Shown here piece after piece: positions 46,936 to 57,495 of a stretch of DNA of 64,000 nucleotides. Made by a program: the position numbers and the translations under genes. The DNA is taken from the NCBI GenBank assembly GCA_902556355.1, contig CACDVW010000001.1:5164-69163 (forward strand), in the 5' to 3' direction. The notes beneath the pieces are model-generated. The model ran no database searches. It had not been told where the DNA came from and saw nothing but the letters and a program-made list of their open reading frames with translations. The stretch's first letter is position 1; the number at the start of each line of letters is the position of its first letter. The DNA comes from an uncultured SAR86 cluster bacterium (lineage in GTDB: Bacteria > Pseudomonadota > Gammaproteobacteria > Magnimaribacterales > D2472).

Positions 46936-47820
46936 ATGTACTTCATAAAGTCCAACCTAGTAGGATTTTTTACATTTATTTTTGTTATTGTTGAATTAAC
47001 AATTGGCTTTGGTACGCTGGCAATTGTAAATATTCCTAGAGCAATATTTCCATTTAAATCTCTTAAAATTAGATTAAGTAAAATCTCAAATTCTATTGGT
47101 GAATACACCGTCTATGGATTAAAAGTTATTATGAAAATAATGCATAAAGATTCTATGCAGGTATTTGACGATAATGAATTTGATAAAAATGCATGGTATA
47201 TGGCCGTTTCTAACCATCAGTCATGGGCAGACATTTTTATACTTTTAGTAGCAGCACATAAAAGAATCCCTCTGCTTAAATTTTTTATGAAAAAAGAGTT
47301 AGCCTGGATACCTTTTATATTTCTAGCTAATAAAACTTTAAATATGCCTTTTGTAAATAGGCACTCAAAAAAAGAATTAGAAAAAAATCCTGATCTAAGG
47401 TTCAAAGATTATGAAAATACATTAAAGGCTTGTAAAAGATTCCAAAGATCGCCATCAACAATTTTTAGTTACGCAGAGGGTACAAGAAATAATCCTACAA
47501 AACATTTAGCTCAAAACTCACCATATAAAAATCTTCTAAAGCCAAGAATTGGTGGAATTGCTACTGCCCTTTCGGCTATGCCTAATATTGATGTTTTGGT
47601 AGATTATTCGGTAGTCTATAAATCAAATAAAAGAGGATCATGGGCCTTTTTAAAAGGTGATATGCGTGATGTTAAAGTTTTCGTAAGAAAATATACGATA
47701 CCTGAAAATCTTAAAAATAAAAATTATTCAACTGATAATGAATACAGAGAAAATTTTAAGAAATGGATTGAAGAGATTTGGGAAGAAAAAGATAAAGAAA
47801 TAGAAAGATTAAAGTTCTAA
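46936..47820 (+). CDS. Acyltransferase (PlsC/YihG-like)
   Basis: HX4D motif (NHQSWAD) and an EGTR motif, with an N-terminal TM segment. Confidence 0.7.
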   Translation: MYFIKSNLVGFFTFIFVIVELTIGFGTLAIVNIPRAIFPFKSLKIRLSKISNSIGEYTVYGLKVIMKIMHKDSMQVFDDNEFDKNAWYMAVSNHQSWADIFILLVAAHKRIPLLKFFMKKELAWIPFIFLANKTLNMPFVNRHSKKELEKNPDLRFKDYENTLKACKRFQRSPSTIFSYAEGTRNNPTKHLAQNSPYKNLLKPRIGGIATALSAMPNIDVLVDYSVVYKSNKRGSWAFLKGDMRDVKVFVRKYTIPENLKNKNYSTDNEYRENFKKWIEEIWEEKDKEIERLKF

Positions 47821-48303
47821 TTTTTTGCTACTTACAACCCATCCATTAGTATCAACATAAATCCAATTTCCAGAGCTCATTTCAACAGATCCAATATTAA
47901 TTTTTTTATCTTTTGTTCCAATGCCAACAGCTTTATCTGTTTTCATTGGGTATGTATTTTTTGCATAAACACCAATTGAGATATTTTCAATTACCTCTAT
48001 GTCTCTAATGAAACCATTCACAAAAATGCCTCTCCATTTGTTTTCATAAGCTTTTCGAGCAATTTGATCACCAACCATTGAGCAAAATTTTTCTCCAGTA
48101 TGGTTTATAACTAAAACCTTACCATCACCATTTTCCTGAACCATTTCCTTAACAATACTATTACTATGCGGACAATTTGCTGTTCTAATTTCTCCACAAA
48201 ACTTATCAATACCTCCATATGAATTTAAAAAAATGTCGCCTATCAGTACCTCATGAGGAAAGGCGTCGCATATATCTGGAACTGTGAAATTATATGTTTG
48301 CAT
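47809..48303 (-). CDS. rraA: RraA-family protein (RNase E regulator / HMG aldolase family)
   Basis: DGKVLVINHTGEKFCSMVGDQIARKA...GIFVNGFIRD pattern. Confidence 0.75.
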   Translation of the reverse strand: MQTYNFTVPDICDAFPHEVLIGDIFLNSYGGIDKFCGEIRTANCPHSNSIVKEMVQENGDGKVLVINHTGEKFCSMVGDQIARKAYENKWRGIFVNGFIRDIEVIENISIGVYAKNTYPMKTDKAVGIGTKDKKINIGSVEMSSGNWIYVDTNGWVVSSKKLEL

Positions 48304-48376
48304 TAAGTGGAAAATTTTAAATTTATCTGATAATTATAATAGAATTAAAAATATATATAAAAAAGTAGAGTAAATT

Positions 48377-49534
48377 ATGAAATCACCAATATGTGAAATG
48401 TTTGAAATTGAATTTCCGCTTGTTGCATTTAGTCATTGTAGAGATGTTGTTGTAGCAGTTTCCAAGGCTGGTGGTATGGGCGTATTGGGAGCAGTTGGCC
48501 ATACACCAGAAATGTTAGAACAAGATCTTAAATGGATAGATGAACATATTGACGGCAAGCCCTATGGTGTCGATATCTTGGTACCAACCACCTTCGAGGG
48601 TAAAGGATCATCAGTTTCATCAGAAGACCTTATTAACATGATTCCACAAGAGTACCGAGATTTTAGAGCTGATGTTCTGAAGCAGCATGATGTTGATGGA
48701 GAATCATTAAGAAATCCTTCGGACTCAAAAAAAATTGAAATGGATTCAGATTCTAGATTTGGAAAAAATCTTAAAGAAAAAGGAGCTAAAAAATTGCTAG
48801 AAGTTGCTTTTTCTCATCCAATTAAACTAATCGCAAATGCATTAGGAGTCCCCCCTCATTGGATGTTAGAAATGGGAAAAGCAAATAATGTAAAAGTAGC
48901 TGCACTTTTGGGAGCAAAAGAGCATGCAATTAAACAGGTTCAAGCTGGCGTAGATGTATTAGTTGTATCAGGAACTGAAGGTGGTGGACACTGCGGGAGC
49001 GTTTCAACTATGGTGCTTATACCAGAAGTAAAAAGAGCAATAAAAGACTTAGGCGATGTTCCTATCCTAGCAGCTGGTGGAATTGCCACAGGTGAGCAAA
49101 TGGCTGGAATTATGACAATGGGTGCAGACGGTGTTTGGTGCGCCTCGGTATTTCTTCCAACTACTGAAGCTGAAACCTCTGAAAACATTAAAGAAAAAAT
49201 GATTCAAGCTACTTCAAGCCAAACTGTAAGATCAAAAAGTAGAACAGGTAAGCACTCTAGACAACTTCAATCAGCATGGACTGATGCATGGGAATCAAAA
49301 GATGCACCTGAACCACTGCCAATGCCTTTGCAAACAATTGTTGGAGAGCCAGCATTAGCAATAGTCTCAAAACAGGCAACTCTCGGACATGAAGGAGCAA
49401 AAAAACTTGATACGTATTGGGTTGGTCAAGGCATAGGATTAGTGAATGAAACTATTTCAGCTGGACAGACCGTTCAAAAATTCAAAGAAGAATTCATTGA
49501 GGCCTATGAACGAATAGCAAACTTGGTGGAGTAG
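48377..49534 (+). CDS. Nitronate monooxygenase (NMO/2-nitropropane dioxygenase family)
   Basis: FMN TIM-barrel pattern (GGMGVLGA, GTEGGGHCG, LAAGGIATG). Confidence 0.8.
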   Translation: MKSPICEMFEIEFPLVAFSHCRDVVVAVSKAGGMGVLGAVGHTPEMLEQDLKWIDEHIDGKPYGVDILVPTTFEGKGSSVSSEDLINMIPQEYRDFRADVLKQHDVDGESLRNPSDSKKIEMDSDSRFGKNLKEKGAKKLLEVAFSHPIKLIANALGVPPHWMLEMGKANNVKVAALLGAKEHAIKQVQAGVDVLVVSGTEGGGHCGSVSTMVLIPEVKRAIKDLGDVPILAAGGIATGEQMAGIMTMGADGVWCASVFLPTTEAETSENIKEKMIQATSSQTVRSKSRTGKHSRQLQSAWTDAWESKDAPEPLPMPLQTIVGEPALAIVSKQATLGHEGAKKLDTYWVGQGIGLVNETISAGQTVQKFKEEFIEAYERIANLVE

Positions 49535-49539
49535 GATTA

Positions 49540-50799
49540 TTAAGAGTTTTTAATATCTTCTCTGGCAATAAATTCAAGAACTGTTGCATTAATACAATAT
49601 CTTGGCATGCCATTGGGGCCATCATCAAAAACATGACCTAAATGAATGTTACTTGATTTTGATTTAACCTCTGTTCTTTTCATGCCATATGAATTATCAG
49701 GTAGTTCATAGGTTGAGTTAGGCACCGGGGCTGTAAATGATAACCAGCCACTTCGTGAAACGAATCTATCTCTAGTATCAAACAAAGGTGCTCCACTTAA
49801 TTTATCTACAAAAATTCCGTCAGGAGTATTTTTGAAAATCTGATATTCTTTACAGAATCTTGCATCAGTTCCTTGATTAAAAGCAACGTCATAAGCTTCT
49901 GTGTCACCTAATTTAAATTTTCCAAGAGCTTTATAAAATAATTCAGGTTCCATGTATCCTTGGTATGAGAATAATTCACTACCATTCTCTAAGAAAACAA
50001 TTGTAGGTGTTGCCCATGTGGGTGTTTGAATATCTAAACCACTCAATTCAATTGCTGTTCTGTATACCATTGGGATACTTCCCTGATAATCATTTGCCAC
50101 ATCTTTTTTGAAATTTTCACAATAAGGACAATAATCTTGTGAATCAATTACAAGAACATACTTACCTGATAAAAGAAATGAATTATCAATGGCTGGTGTT
50201 TCAATTTTGTTAAAGGCAACACCTGTGGAATGATCAGGACAATATCCATTTGGATTTTTTTTAATATAGTCTTGATGATATTCTTCAGCATCGTGAAACT
50301 TATCAAGAGATTTAATTAAAGTCTTAATTTCTCCATATCCTTCATCACTTAGTAGTTTTTGAAATTCTTTAGTTGTTTCGTCTATTACTTTTTTTTGTGA
50401 TGGTTTTGTATACAAAATAGTTGACCTGTATTGAGTACCAATATCATTACCTTGTCTATTAAGTTGGGTTGGATCATGTGATTCATAGAAATGTTCAAGA
50501 AGAGACCTTAAGCTTATTACCTCTTTGTTAAAAGTTACTTTAACAACTTCAGCAAAATTATTTCTTTTATATTTGTTTGTATATTTTGTTATCTCTCTGT
50601 AAGTTGGTTTTATTCCATATCCATCAGCATATCCTGATACTGCATCCTCAACTCCTTCAAGAGCTTCATAACCCTTTTCAGCACCCCAGAAACATCCAGA
50701 CCCTAAAACTATAGTCTCTAAATGCGATGTATGATTTTCATTAGAATGGATACTTAAGCAAAAAGCCATGATTGGCAGAAATGTAAAAAATCTTTTCAT
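49540..50799 (-). CDS. msrAB: Secreted MsrA - CPYC thioredoxin-fold - MsrB fusion protein
   Basis: Signal peptide; MsrA GSGCFWG; a central CPYC domain; MsrB GWLSF...HLGHVFDDGP...RYCIN. Confidence 0.85.
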   Translation of the reverse strand: MKRFFTFLPIMAFCLSIHSNENHTSHLETIVLGSGCFWGAEKGYEALEGVEDAVSGYADGYGIKPTYREITKYTNKYKRNNFAEVVKVTFNKEVISLRSLLEHFYESHDPTQLNRQGNDIGTQYRSTILYTKPSQKKVIDETTKEFQKLLSDEGYGEIKTLIKSLDKFHDAEEYHQDYIKKNPNGYCPDHSTGVAFNKIETPAIDNSFLLSGKYVLVIDSQDYCPYCENFKKDVANDYQGSIPMVYRTAIELSGLDIQTPTWATPTIVFLENGSELFSYQGYMEPELFYKALGKFKLGDTEAYDVAFNQGTDARFCKEYQIFKNTPDGIFVDKLSGAPLFDTRDRFVSRSGWLSFTAPVPNSTYELPDNSYGMKRTEVKSKSSNIHLGHVFDDGPNGMPRYCINATVLEFIAREDIKNS

Positions 50800-51419
50800 T
50801 ATATCTTTTCTTCGTATTTATAATTTTTACTTTTTATAAAGGCTTCTCTCTCAAAAAGCATGGATGTCCATCTAGTTATATTTGGTTTAAATGCTTCTTT
50901 AATACCAAGAGCCCCTGCTAGGTTAATTGCATAACTTACACATATATCAGCAATCGTAAATCTATTTGAGCAAAGATAAGTTTTATTTTCTAACTCAGAT
51001 TCAAGTAATTTTAAACGAGAAACAAACCATCTGCTATATCCTTCTATTGCTGCATCAGCAACGCCCGGTTCTTGAAATTTATATCTTAATACAACCGTCT
51101 GAGGAAAAGTTAATGTAGCATCTGCATGATGGAGCCAATTTAAATAATTTGGATAATCTACTTCATCGGACATTACTCTCAAATCTGTTGGACCGTATTT
51201 TTCAACTAGATACTGAGTCATTCCAACAGACTCTGTCATTTTTACATCTCCATCTACTAAATAAGGAACAGTTCCAAGCATGTTTATATTTAAATATTCT
51301 TTATGAAAAACTCTTGGTGGAAAAGGCATCATTACAAGCTCGTATTCAAGACCCATCTCTTCAGCGGTCCAAATCGGTCTCATAGCTCTAGAATTTTGTG
51401 TTCCGTATATTTTTAACAT
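50799..51419 (-). CDS. Glutathione S-transferase
   Basis: GST N- and C-domain pattern. The ATG at 51419 (MLKIYGT...) is preferred over the TTG track start at 51440. Confidence 0.8.
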   Translation of the reverse strand: MLKIYGTQNSRAMRPIWTAEEMGLEYELVMMPFPPRVFHKEYLNINMLGTVPYLVDGDVKMTESVGMTQYLVEKYGPTDLRVMSDEVDYPNYLNWLHHADATLTFPQTVVLRYKFQEPGVADAAIEGYSRWFVSRLKLLESELENKTYLCSNRFTIADICVSYAINLAGALGIKEAFKPNITRWTSMLFEREAFIKSKNYKYEEKI

Positions 51420-51505
51420 AATAGTTATTTTTTTTAACAATCATACATCTTAATATTGGTAATATTAATGCTATTATATTACCATAACAAAATTATTAAC
51501 TTTTA

Positions 51506-53173
51506 ATGCCTATGAAGACAGAAAATATTGCTCCTATATTTAAATCAAATTTAGATACTAAGTCTGAACAATATCTACAAAATAAAAAGATGATGCTCGA
51601 GAAATTAGTATTTCTTGATGAGTTATTAGATCTAGCTGAATTAGGTGGTGGGCAAAGACATCATGAAAGACTGGCTAAAAGAGGAAAAATGCCTGTTCGT
51701 GAAAGAATTATGAATGTTTTAGATCCAGATAGTCCATTTTTAGAAATACAACCTTATGCTGGCTATGGAACAAATAATTATAACGTGGGAGGTGGATGTG
51801 TTTCTGGAATAGGAATTATTTCCGGTGTTGAATGCGTAATATTTGCAAATGATCCTACTGTTAAGGCTGGTGCAATGACAGTATACGTAGGTGAAAAATG
51901 GAACAGGGCTATGGAAATAGCTCGTGATAATCACATACCTTTCATAAGTTTTGTTGAATCAGCAGGAGGAGATTTGAGTGTTTCTGGCTCAGGTGGTGGT
52001 GAAAACCCTCCAGAGGCTCCCTCACTTCATCAAAATCATTTTGCCTCAACTGGAAGATTCTTTTATGACATGACTGAGCTTTCAAAATTAAGAATACCTG
52101 TAATTTCAGTTGTGTTTGGTTCCTCAACAGCAGGAGGTGCATATCAACCAGGGATGTCTGATTACAATATTTTTATTAAAGGACAATCAAAAGCTTTTCT
52201 AGCTGGGCCACCTTTAGTAAAAATGGCAACTGGCGAAGAATCTGATGATGAAACTTTGGGAGGTGCTAAAATGCATTCTGAGCAATCTGGATTATCTGAT
52301 TATTTAGCTGAAGATGAAATGGATGCATTAAGAATATGTAGAGAGGTTGTTTCTCATTTAAATTGGAATAAAAAAGGTTTAGGTCCACAAAAAATTAGTA
52401 CTGACCCAATATATAACTCAGAAGAACTCCTAGGAATAATAAGTGAAGATCTAAAGTCTGCTGTTGATATCAGGGAAATAATTGCAAGATTTTCTGACGG
52501 CTCAAAGTTTGAAGAGTTTAAACCTTTATATGGTCCAACAATGGTATGTGGATGGACCTCAGTTCATGGTTACCAAGTTGGTATCTTAGGTAATAACGGT
52601 CCAATCTATCCTGAAAGTGCAGAAAAAGCAGCTACCTTCATTCAGCTATGTAATAAAAGAAATATCCCATTGATATTTCTTCATAATGTCACTGGTTTTT
52701 TAGTAGGTAAAGATTTTGAAAGTCAGGGCATTATTAAAAAAGGGTCTCAATTAATAAATGCCGTATCAAACTCTACCGTACCTCATATAACATTTATAGT
52801 TGGTGCTTCTTATGGTGCTGGAACTTATGCCATGTCTGGAAAAGCTTTTAACAATAGGTTTACGTTCTTATGGCCAACAGCAAAAATTGCTGTCATGGGA
52901 CCCGAACAAATGGCTGGTGTAATGTCAATTGTAAGAAAAGCCAAAGCATTAAGAGATGGAAAGGATTTTGATGAAAAAGCTGACGATGAATTAAAGAAGA
53001 TGGTAATTATTTATTTAGAAAAATTATCTAGGGGATTGGTTGCAAGCAGTATGGTTACTGACGATGGAATTATAGACCCGAGAGATACAAGAGATGTCAT
53101 TGGTTTTTGTTTATCGATAATTAATAACATCCCAATTGAAGGGGCACGAGAATATGGGGTATTTAGATTATGA
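51506..53173 (+). CDS. Acyl-CoA carboxylase carboxyltransferase (beta) subunit, methylcrotonyl-/geranyl-CoA type
   Basis: 555 aa with two carboxyltransferase halves. The 4-nt overlap with the biotin carboxylase gene fits a LiuB/AtuC-like role. Confidence 0.9.
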   Translation: MPMKTENIAPIFKSNLDTKSEQYLQNKKMMLEKLVFLDELLDLAELGGGQRHHERLAKRGKMPVRERIMNVLDPDSPFLEIQPYAGYGTNNYNVGGGCVSGIGIISGVECVIFANDPTVKAGAMTVYVGEKWNRAMEIARDNHIPFISFVESAGGDLSVSGSGGGENPPEAPSLHQNHFASTGRFFYDMTELSKLRIPVISVVFGSSTAGGAYQPGMSDYNIFIKGQSKAFLAGPPLVKMATGEESDDETLGGAKMHSEQSGLSDYLAEDEMDALRICREVVSHLNWNKKGLGPQKISTDPIYNSEELLGIISEDLKSAVDIREIIARFSDGSKFEEFKPLYGPTMVCGWTSVHGYQVGILGNNGPIYPESAEKAATFIQLCNKRNIPLIFLHNVTGFLVGKDFESQGIIKKGSQLINAVSNSTVPHITFIVGASYGAGTYAMSGKAFNNRFTFLWPTAKIAVMGPEQMAGVMSIVRKAKALRDGKDFDEKADDELKKMVIIYLEKLSRGLVASSMVTDDGIIDPRDTRDVIGFCLSIINNIPIEGAREYGVFRL

Positions 53174-55098
53174 TTTATGACTCCATACTAATTGCCAACA
53201 GAGGTGAAATAGCGTCTAGGATTATTGAAACTGCTCATGAAATGGGTATCAGATGCATTGCAATATATGTTGATGCTGACAAAAATGAACCTTTCGTACA
53301 CATGTCTGATCAATCAATCAGATTACCTGATAGAGGCTATCTCGATAGCAAAGAGATTATAAAAGCTGCTAAAGAATCAGGCGCTCAAGCAATTCATCCA
53401 GGATATGGCTTCTTATCTGAGAATGCCTCTTTTGCAAGAAAAGTAATCAAAGAAGGTTTGATATGGGTTGGTCCATCGCCACACGTAATTTCTGTTATGG
53501 GAGACAAATTAAAAGCAAAGGAGCTTGCTGAAAAAGCTGGAGTCCCGACACTTCCGATGACATCAAACATTAAAAATGCAAAAAAAATTGGGTTCCCTCT
53601 CCTTATAAAAGCTGCTGCAGGTGGCGGTGGAAAAGGCATGAGAATAGTTCATAAAGAAAAAGATTTAAAAGAGTCCATTAAAAGCGCACAAAGAGAAGCT
53701 CAGTCAGGATTTGGAGATGACAGAGTTTTTATAGAAAGATATGTACAAAAATCTAGACATATAGAAATCCAAATACTTGGTGATGCTCATGGAAATGTTG
53801 TTCATCTAGGTGAGAGAGAATGCTCTATTCAAAGAAGGCATCAAAAAATTATTGAAGAATCACCCTCCTCTAGAATCTCCGAAGATGTTAGGGCCGCAAT
53901 GGGTAATGCGGCAATCAAACTTGCAAAGAAAATTAAATATAAGTCAGCTGGAACCGTTGAATTTTTATTTGATGACAAAACAGAAGAATTCTGGTTTTTA
54001 GAAGTTAATACAAGATTGCAAGTTGAGCACCCTGTTACAGAAGAAGTAACTGGAATAGATCTAGTTTCAGAGCAATTAAGAATTGCTAGAGATGAGGAAT
54101 TAGGCTACACCCAAGACGATATCACCTTTATAGGTCATTCTATTGAAGCAAGACTTTATGCTGAAAATCCCGATAATGATTTTCTGCCTGAAACTGGACA
54201 AATAATTGCCTTTGAAAGTGACCCTGAAAATGAAGCGAGATGGGATTCAGGCATCAGCATTGGCTCAAATATAGGAACTAATTTCGATCCTATGCTAGCA
54301 AAAATAATTTCTTATGCAGATACTAGAAATGATGCAATTTTAAAATTAATTCGCACACTAGAATCTGCTCATATTGGAGGCGTAATCACTAATCGAGAAT
54401 TTTTAATTGAGTGTCTCAAAGCAAAAGAATTTTTTGATGGGAATACTACTACAGATTTTATTAACCAAGTTCAGCCTAATAAAAAACGCAAACTTACTCC
54501 AGCTGAAATAGAGCATGCTGCTTCTATAGCGGCGCTTTGGGTTCAAAGAAACAATAGAATAAAGACAGGCATTGCTGGTTTTATGCCATCGGGATGGACT
54601 AATGGGAGACTGCCTAAACAAAAAATTGATTTTGTTGTTAATGATAATGAACATAGTGTTTCATATAGATATAAGAAAAATAAGGGGTTCGTATTTGACT
54701 GGGGGAAAACTGGAATAATTCATTCAGAAGATGACTTTGGTCTTGATGTTGAATTTAATGGAAAAAGACATTATTCCAGGATAACTCTAAAAAATGAAAA
54801 TATTCTCGTGCACATGCCTTTTGGTGATGTAATGCTAAAGATAAAACCAAGATTTGTTTTGCCAGGAATTGAAATTCAAGCTGGAAGTTTAACAGCGCCT
54901 ATGCCTGGAAAAGTTATTGCATTGAATGTTAAAAAAGGTTCAAAAGTAAAAACTGGAGATGTTCTGGTGATACTAGAGGCAATGAAAATGGAGCATTCAA
55001 TAAAGGCCTCTCACAACGGAATAGTAACTAAAGTACTTATTACTAAAGATGATCAGGTAGAAAATGGAGCTCCACTTATGATTGTAGATTCAAAATAA
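53170..55098 (+). CDS. Acyl-CoA carboxylase biotin carboxylase/BCCP (alpha) subunit
   Basis: ATP-grasp motifs (GGGGKGMR, EVNTRLQVEHPVTE) and a C-terminal biotinyl EAMKME motif. Confidence 0.9.
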   Translation: MIYDSILIANRGEIASRIIETAHEMGIRCIAIYVDADKNEPFVHMSDQSIRLPDRGYLDSKEIIKAAKESGAQAIHPGYGFLSENASFARKVIKEGLIWVGPSPHVISVMGDKLKAKELAEKAGVPTLPMTSNIKNAKKIGFPLLIKAAAGGGGKGMRIVHKEKDLKESIKSAQREAQSGFGDDRVFIERYVQKSRHIEIQILGDAHGNVVHLGERECSIQRRHQKIIEESPSSRISEDVRAAMGNAAIKLAKKIKYKSAGTVEFLFDDKTEEFWFLEVNTRLQVEHPVTEEVTGIDLVSEQLRIARDEELGYTQDDITFIGHSIEARLYAENPDNDFLPETGQIIAFESDPENEARWDSGISIGSNIGTNFDPMLAKIISYADTRNDAILKLIRTLESAHIGGVITNREFLIECLKAKEFFDGNTTTDFINQVQPNKKRKLTPAEIEHAASIAALWVQRNNRIKTGIAGFMPSGWTNGRLPKQKIDFVVNDNEHSVSYRYKKNKGFVFDWGKTGIIHSEDDFGLDVEFNGKRHYSRITLKNENILVHMPFGDVMLKIKPRFVLPGIEIQAGSLTAPMPGKVIALNVKKGSKVKTGDVLVILEAMKMEHSIKASHNGIVTKVLITKDDQVENGAPLMIVDSK

Positions 55099-55709
55099 TG
55101 CAGTATTCAGAAAATATTCATAACTCAACACTAGAACCACTAAAGCCTTTAACTAAAAAACATAAAGAGATAATTGGCACTCTTGAGAAAATGCTAGAGA
55201 AAGGCATTCCAGAATTAACTATGTCTGAGCTTGCATCTAAGTTGAAAATATCTCTAAGAACTTTATATGAAATTGCTCCAAGTAAAGATCAATTAATCAC
55301 AATGACCGTGGATAATATCTTAAAGAAATTAGGTAAAAGTGCACTAGAGCAAGTATCTAAAATTGAATCGCCTATAGACAAACTTGATACATATTTAAGT
55401 ATTGTCAATCAGGCTGTTGGTCCAAAGTTTGATGCATATATCAAAGGCTTGGGAAAGATAAATGGCTCGTCTGAGATGATTGATTATCATGAAGCTTTTA
55501 TTACAAAGTATACTGAAAAACTCTTGGTTGAGGCCATAAGTGCTAATGAAATACAAAAAATAGATCCTAATGCATTTGCAATTTTACTTGGAGGCATTGG
55601 CAGAGAGTTTGCAAAAAGTAAAAACAGATCATCAATAAATGAATCTCCTGAAAAGTCTGCTAATTCAGTAACAAAAGTTATTTTAAAAGGAATAAGGTTG
55701 GAGAATTAA
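55098..55709 (+). CDS. TetR-family transcriptional regulator
   Basis: N-terminal HTH (TMSELASKLKISLRTLYEIAPSKDQL). The gene is embedded in the carboxylase/AtuA cluster. Confidence 0.7.
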   Translation: MQYSENIHNSTLEPLKPLTKKHKEIIGTLEKMLEKGIPELTMSELASKLKISLRTLYEIAPSKDQLITMTVDNILKKLGKSALEQVSKIESPIDKLDTYLSIVNQAVGPKFDAYIKGLGKINGSSEMIDYHEAFITKYTEKLLVEAISANEIQKIDPNAFAILLGGIGREFAKSKNRSSINESPEKSANSVTKVILKGIRLEN

Positions 55710-55710
55710 T

Positions 55711-57495
55711 TTGGGTAATAATGTTATAAAAATAGCCAACTGTAGTGGATACTACGGCGATAAGCTTTCTGCAGCAAAAGAAATGGTGGACGGCGGTCCT
55801 ATTGATGTTCTTACAGGTGATTATCTGGCTGAACTTACTATGACTATTCTTTATAGTCAAAAACTATCAAGAGGTGAGGACAAAGGATATGTTGGGACCT
55901 TTCTTAAGCAAATAAAAGAAATCGCTGAAGATTGTAAAACTAAAAATATAAAAATTGTCACTAATGCTGGTGGTTTAAACCCAAAATCAATGGCAAATGA
56001 AATTGAAAAAATTTTAAAAGAAATTTCTGTCGACTTAAAAGTTGCTTATATAGATGGTGATGATTTGATACCTAGAATTGATGAACTATCTCAACAAGGT
56101 GAGAATTTTGTCAATATGGATAAAGACAAAGCTTTAAAAGATTCTGGATTTGAGCCCTTAACTGCAAATGTCTATTTTGGGGCTTGGGGTATAAAGGAGG
56201 CTCTTGATAATGATGCAGATATTGTTGTTTGTCCAAGAGTTACTGATGCTGCGGTTGTAATTGGTCCAGCAGCATGGAAATTCAATTGGGATAGAAATAA
56301 CTATGATGCTTTAGCTGGAGCATTAGCAGCAGGACATATTATTGAATGTGGGTGTCAGGCGACTGGTGGAAATTATGCTTTTTTTAAGGAAGTTCCAAGC
56401 TTTAATAATGTAGGTTATCCAATAGCAGAAATCGAAGAAAATGGTAATTTTACAATTACCAAGCACCCCAATACCGGAGGATTAGTATCTGTTGGAACGG
56501 TAACTGCTCAACTTTTATATGAAATTAGTTCTCCTTCATATATCAACCCTGATGTAATTGCTCATTTTGATACTTTAAAAATTGAAGAAATTGCAAATGA
56601 TAGAGTTTATGTATCCGGATGCAGAGGTAGCTCACCTCCTCCATCACATAAGGTTTGCATTAATCTTGCTGGTGGATATAGGAACGGGATGGAAATTATA
56701 CTCACCGGACTTGATATTGAAGAAAAGGCTAAAGTATTTACAGATACTTTGTTTAATTCTATTGGAGGCATGGATCAATTTGATGAAGTGTCTATTGATT
56801 TACACCAAACTCAAAAAAATAATCCCAAAACAAATGAAGAAGCGATGGCTTCCCTTAATATATCTGTAAAATCAATGAATCCTGACTTAGTCGGAAGGCT
56901 TTTCACTGCGAAAATTGTTGAATTATCTTTATCAAATTTTCCTGGTTTCTTCGCACGAGGTGCTGCTAAACCTAATGGTCCAGTAATAGTCTATTGGCCT
57001 GCTTTAGTAGACAGCAAATATATTAAGGAAACCGTTAATATCAATGGAAAGAAAATTGAAATTCTTCCAACTAGTCAACTTGATTTTGAAGAAATTTACT
57101 ATCAAAAGAAACCAATTAAAATTCCTGAGATTAAAGAAAAAGAAGAAGTATCAAAAGTTTATTTTGGAGAAATATACGGAACAAGATCAGGAGATAAAGG
57201 TGGATGTGCAAATTTAGGTGTTTGGGCTAAAGATTTATCTTCCTATGCATTTCTATATAAATTTTTAACAGTTAAAAAACTAAAAGAACTTTTGCCTGAT
57301 TTAAAAAATTACAAAATAGATAGATATGAACTAGCAAATATTCATTCTCTAAACTTTTATGTGCATGATATTCTTCAAGATGGTGTTTCTTCAAATAATA
57401 AATTAGATAGCCAAGCCAAATCTCTTGGTGAGTATCTAAGGGCTAAGATGATAGAAGTGCCCTCTTCAATATTAAAAGGAAAAAACTATGAGTGA
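55711..57495 (+). CDS. AtuA-like protein (DUF1446, acyclic terpene utilisation family)
   Basis: IANCSGYYGDKLSAAKEMVDGGPIDVLTGDYLAELTM is the typical DUF1446 N-terminus. TTG start with GGAG upstream. Confidence 0.8.
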   Translation: MGNNVIKIANCSGYYGDKLSAAKEMVDGGPIDVLTGDYLAELTMTILYSQKLSRGEDKGYVGTFLKQIKEIAEDCKTKNIKIVTNAGGLNPKSMANEIEKILKEISVDLKVAYIDGDDLIPRIDELSQQGENFVNMDKDKALKDSGFEPLTANVYFGAWGIKEALDNDADIVVCPRVTDAAVVIGPAAWKFNWDRNNYDALAGALAAGHIIECGCQATGGNYAFFKEVPSFNNVGYPIAEIEENGNFTITKHPNTGGLVSVGTVTAQLLYEISSPSYINPDVIAHFDTLKIEEIANDRVYVSGCRGSSPPPSHKVCINLAGGYRNGMEIILTGLDIEEKAKVFTDTLFNSIGGMDQFDEVSIDLHQTQKNNPKTNEEAMASLNISVKSMNPDLVGRLFTAKIVELSLSNFPGFFARGAAKPNGPVIVYWPALVDSKYIKETVNINGKKIEILPTSQLDFEEIYYQKKPIKIPEIKEKEEVSKVYFGEIYGTRSGDKGGCANLGVWAKDLSSYAFLYKFLTVKKLKELLPDLKNYKIDRYELANIHSLNFYVHDILQDGVSSNNKLDSQAKSLGEYLRAKMIEVPSSILKGKNYE

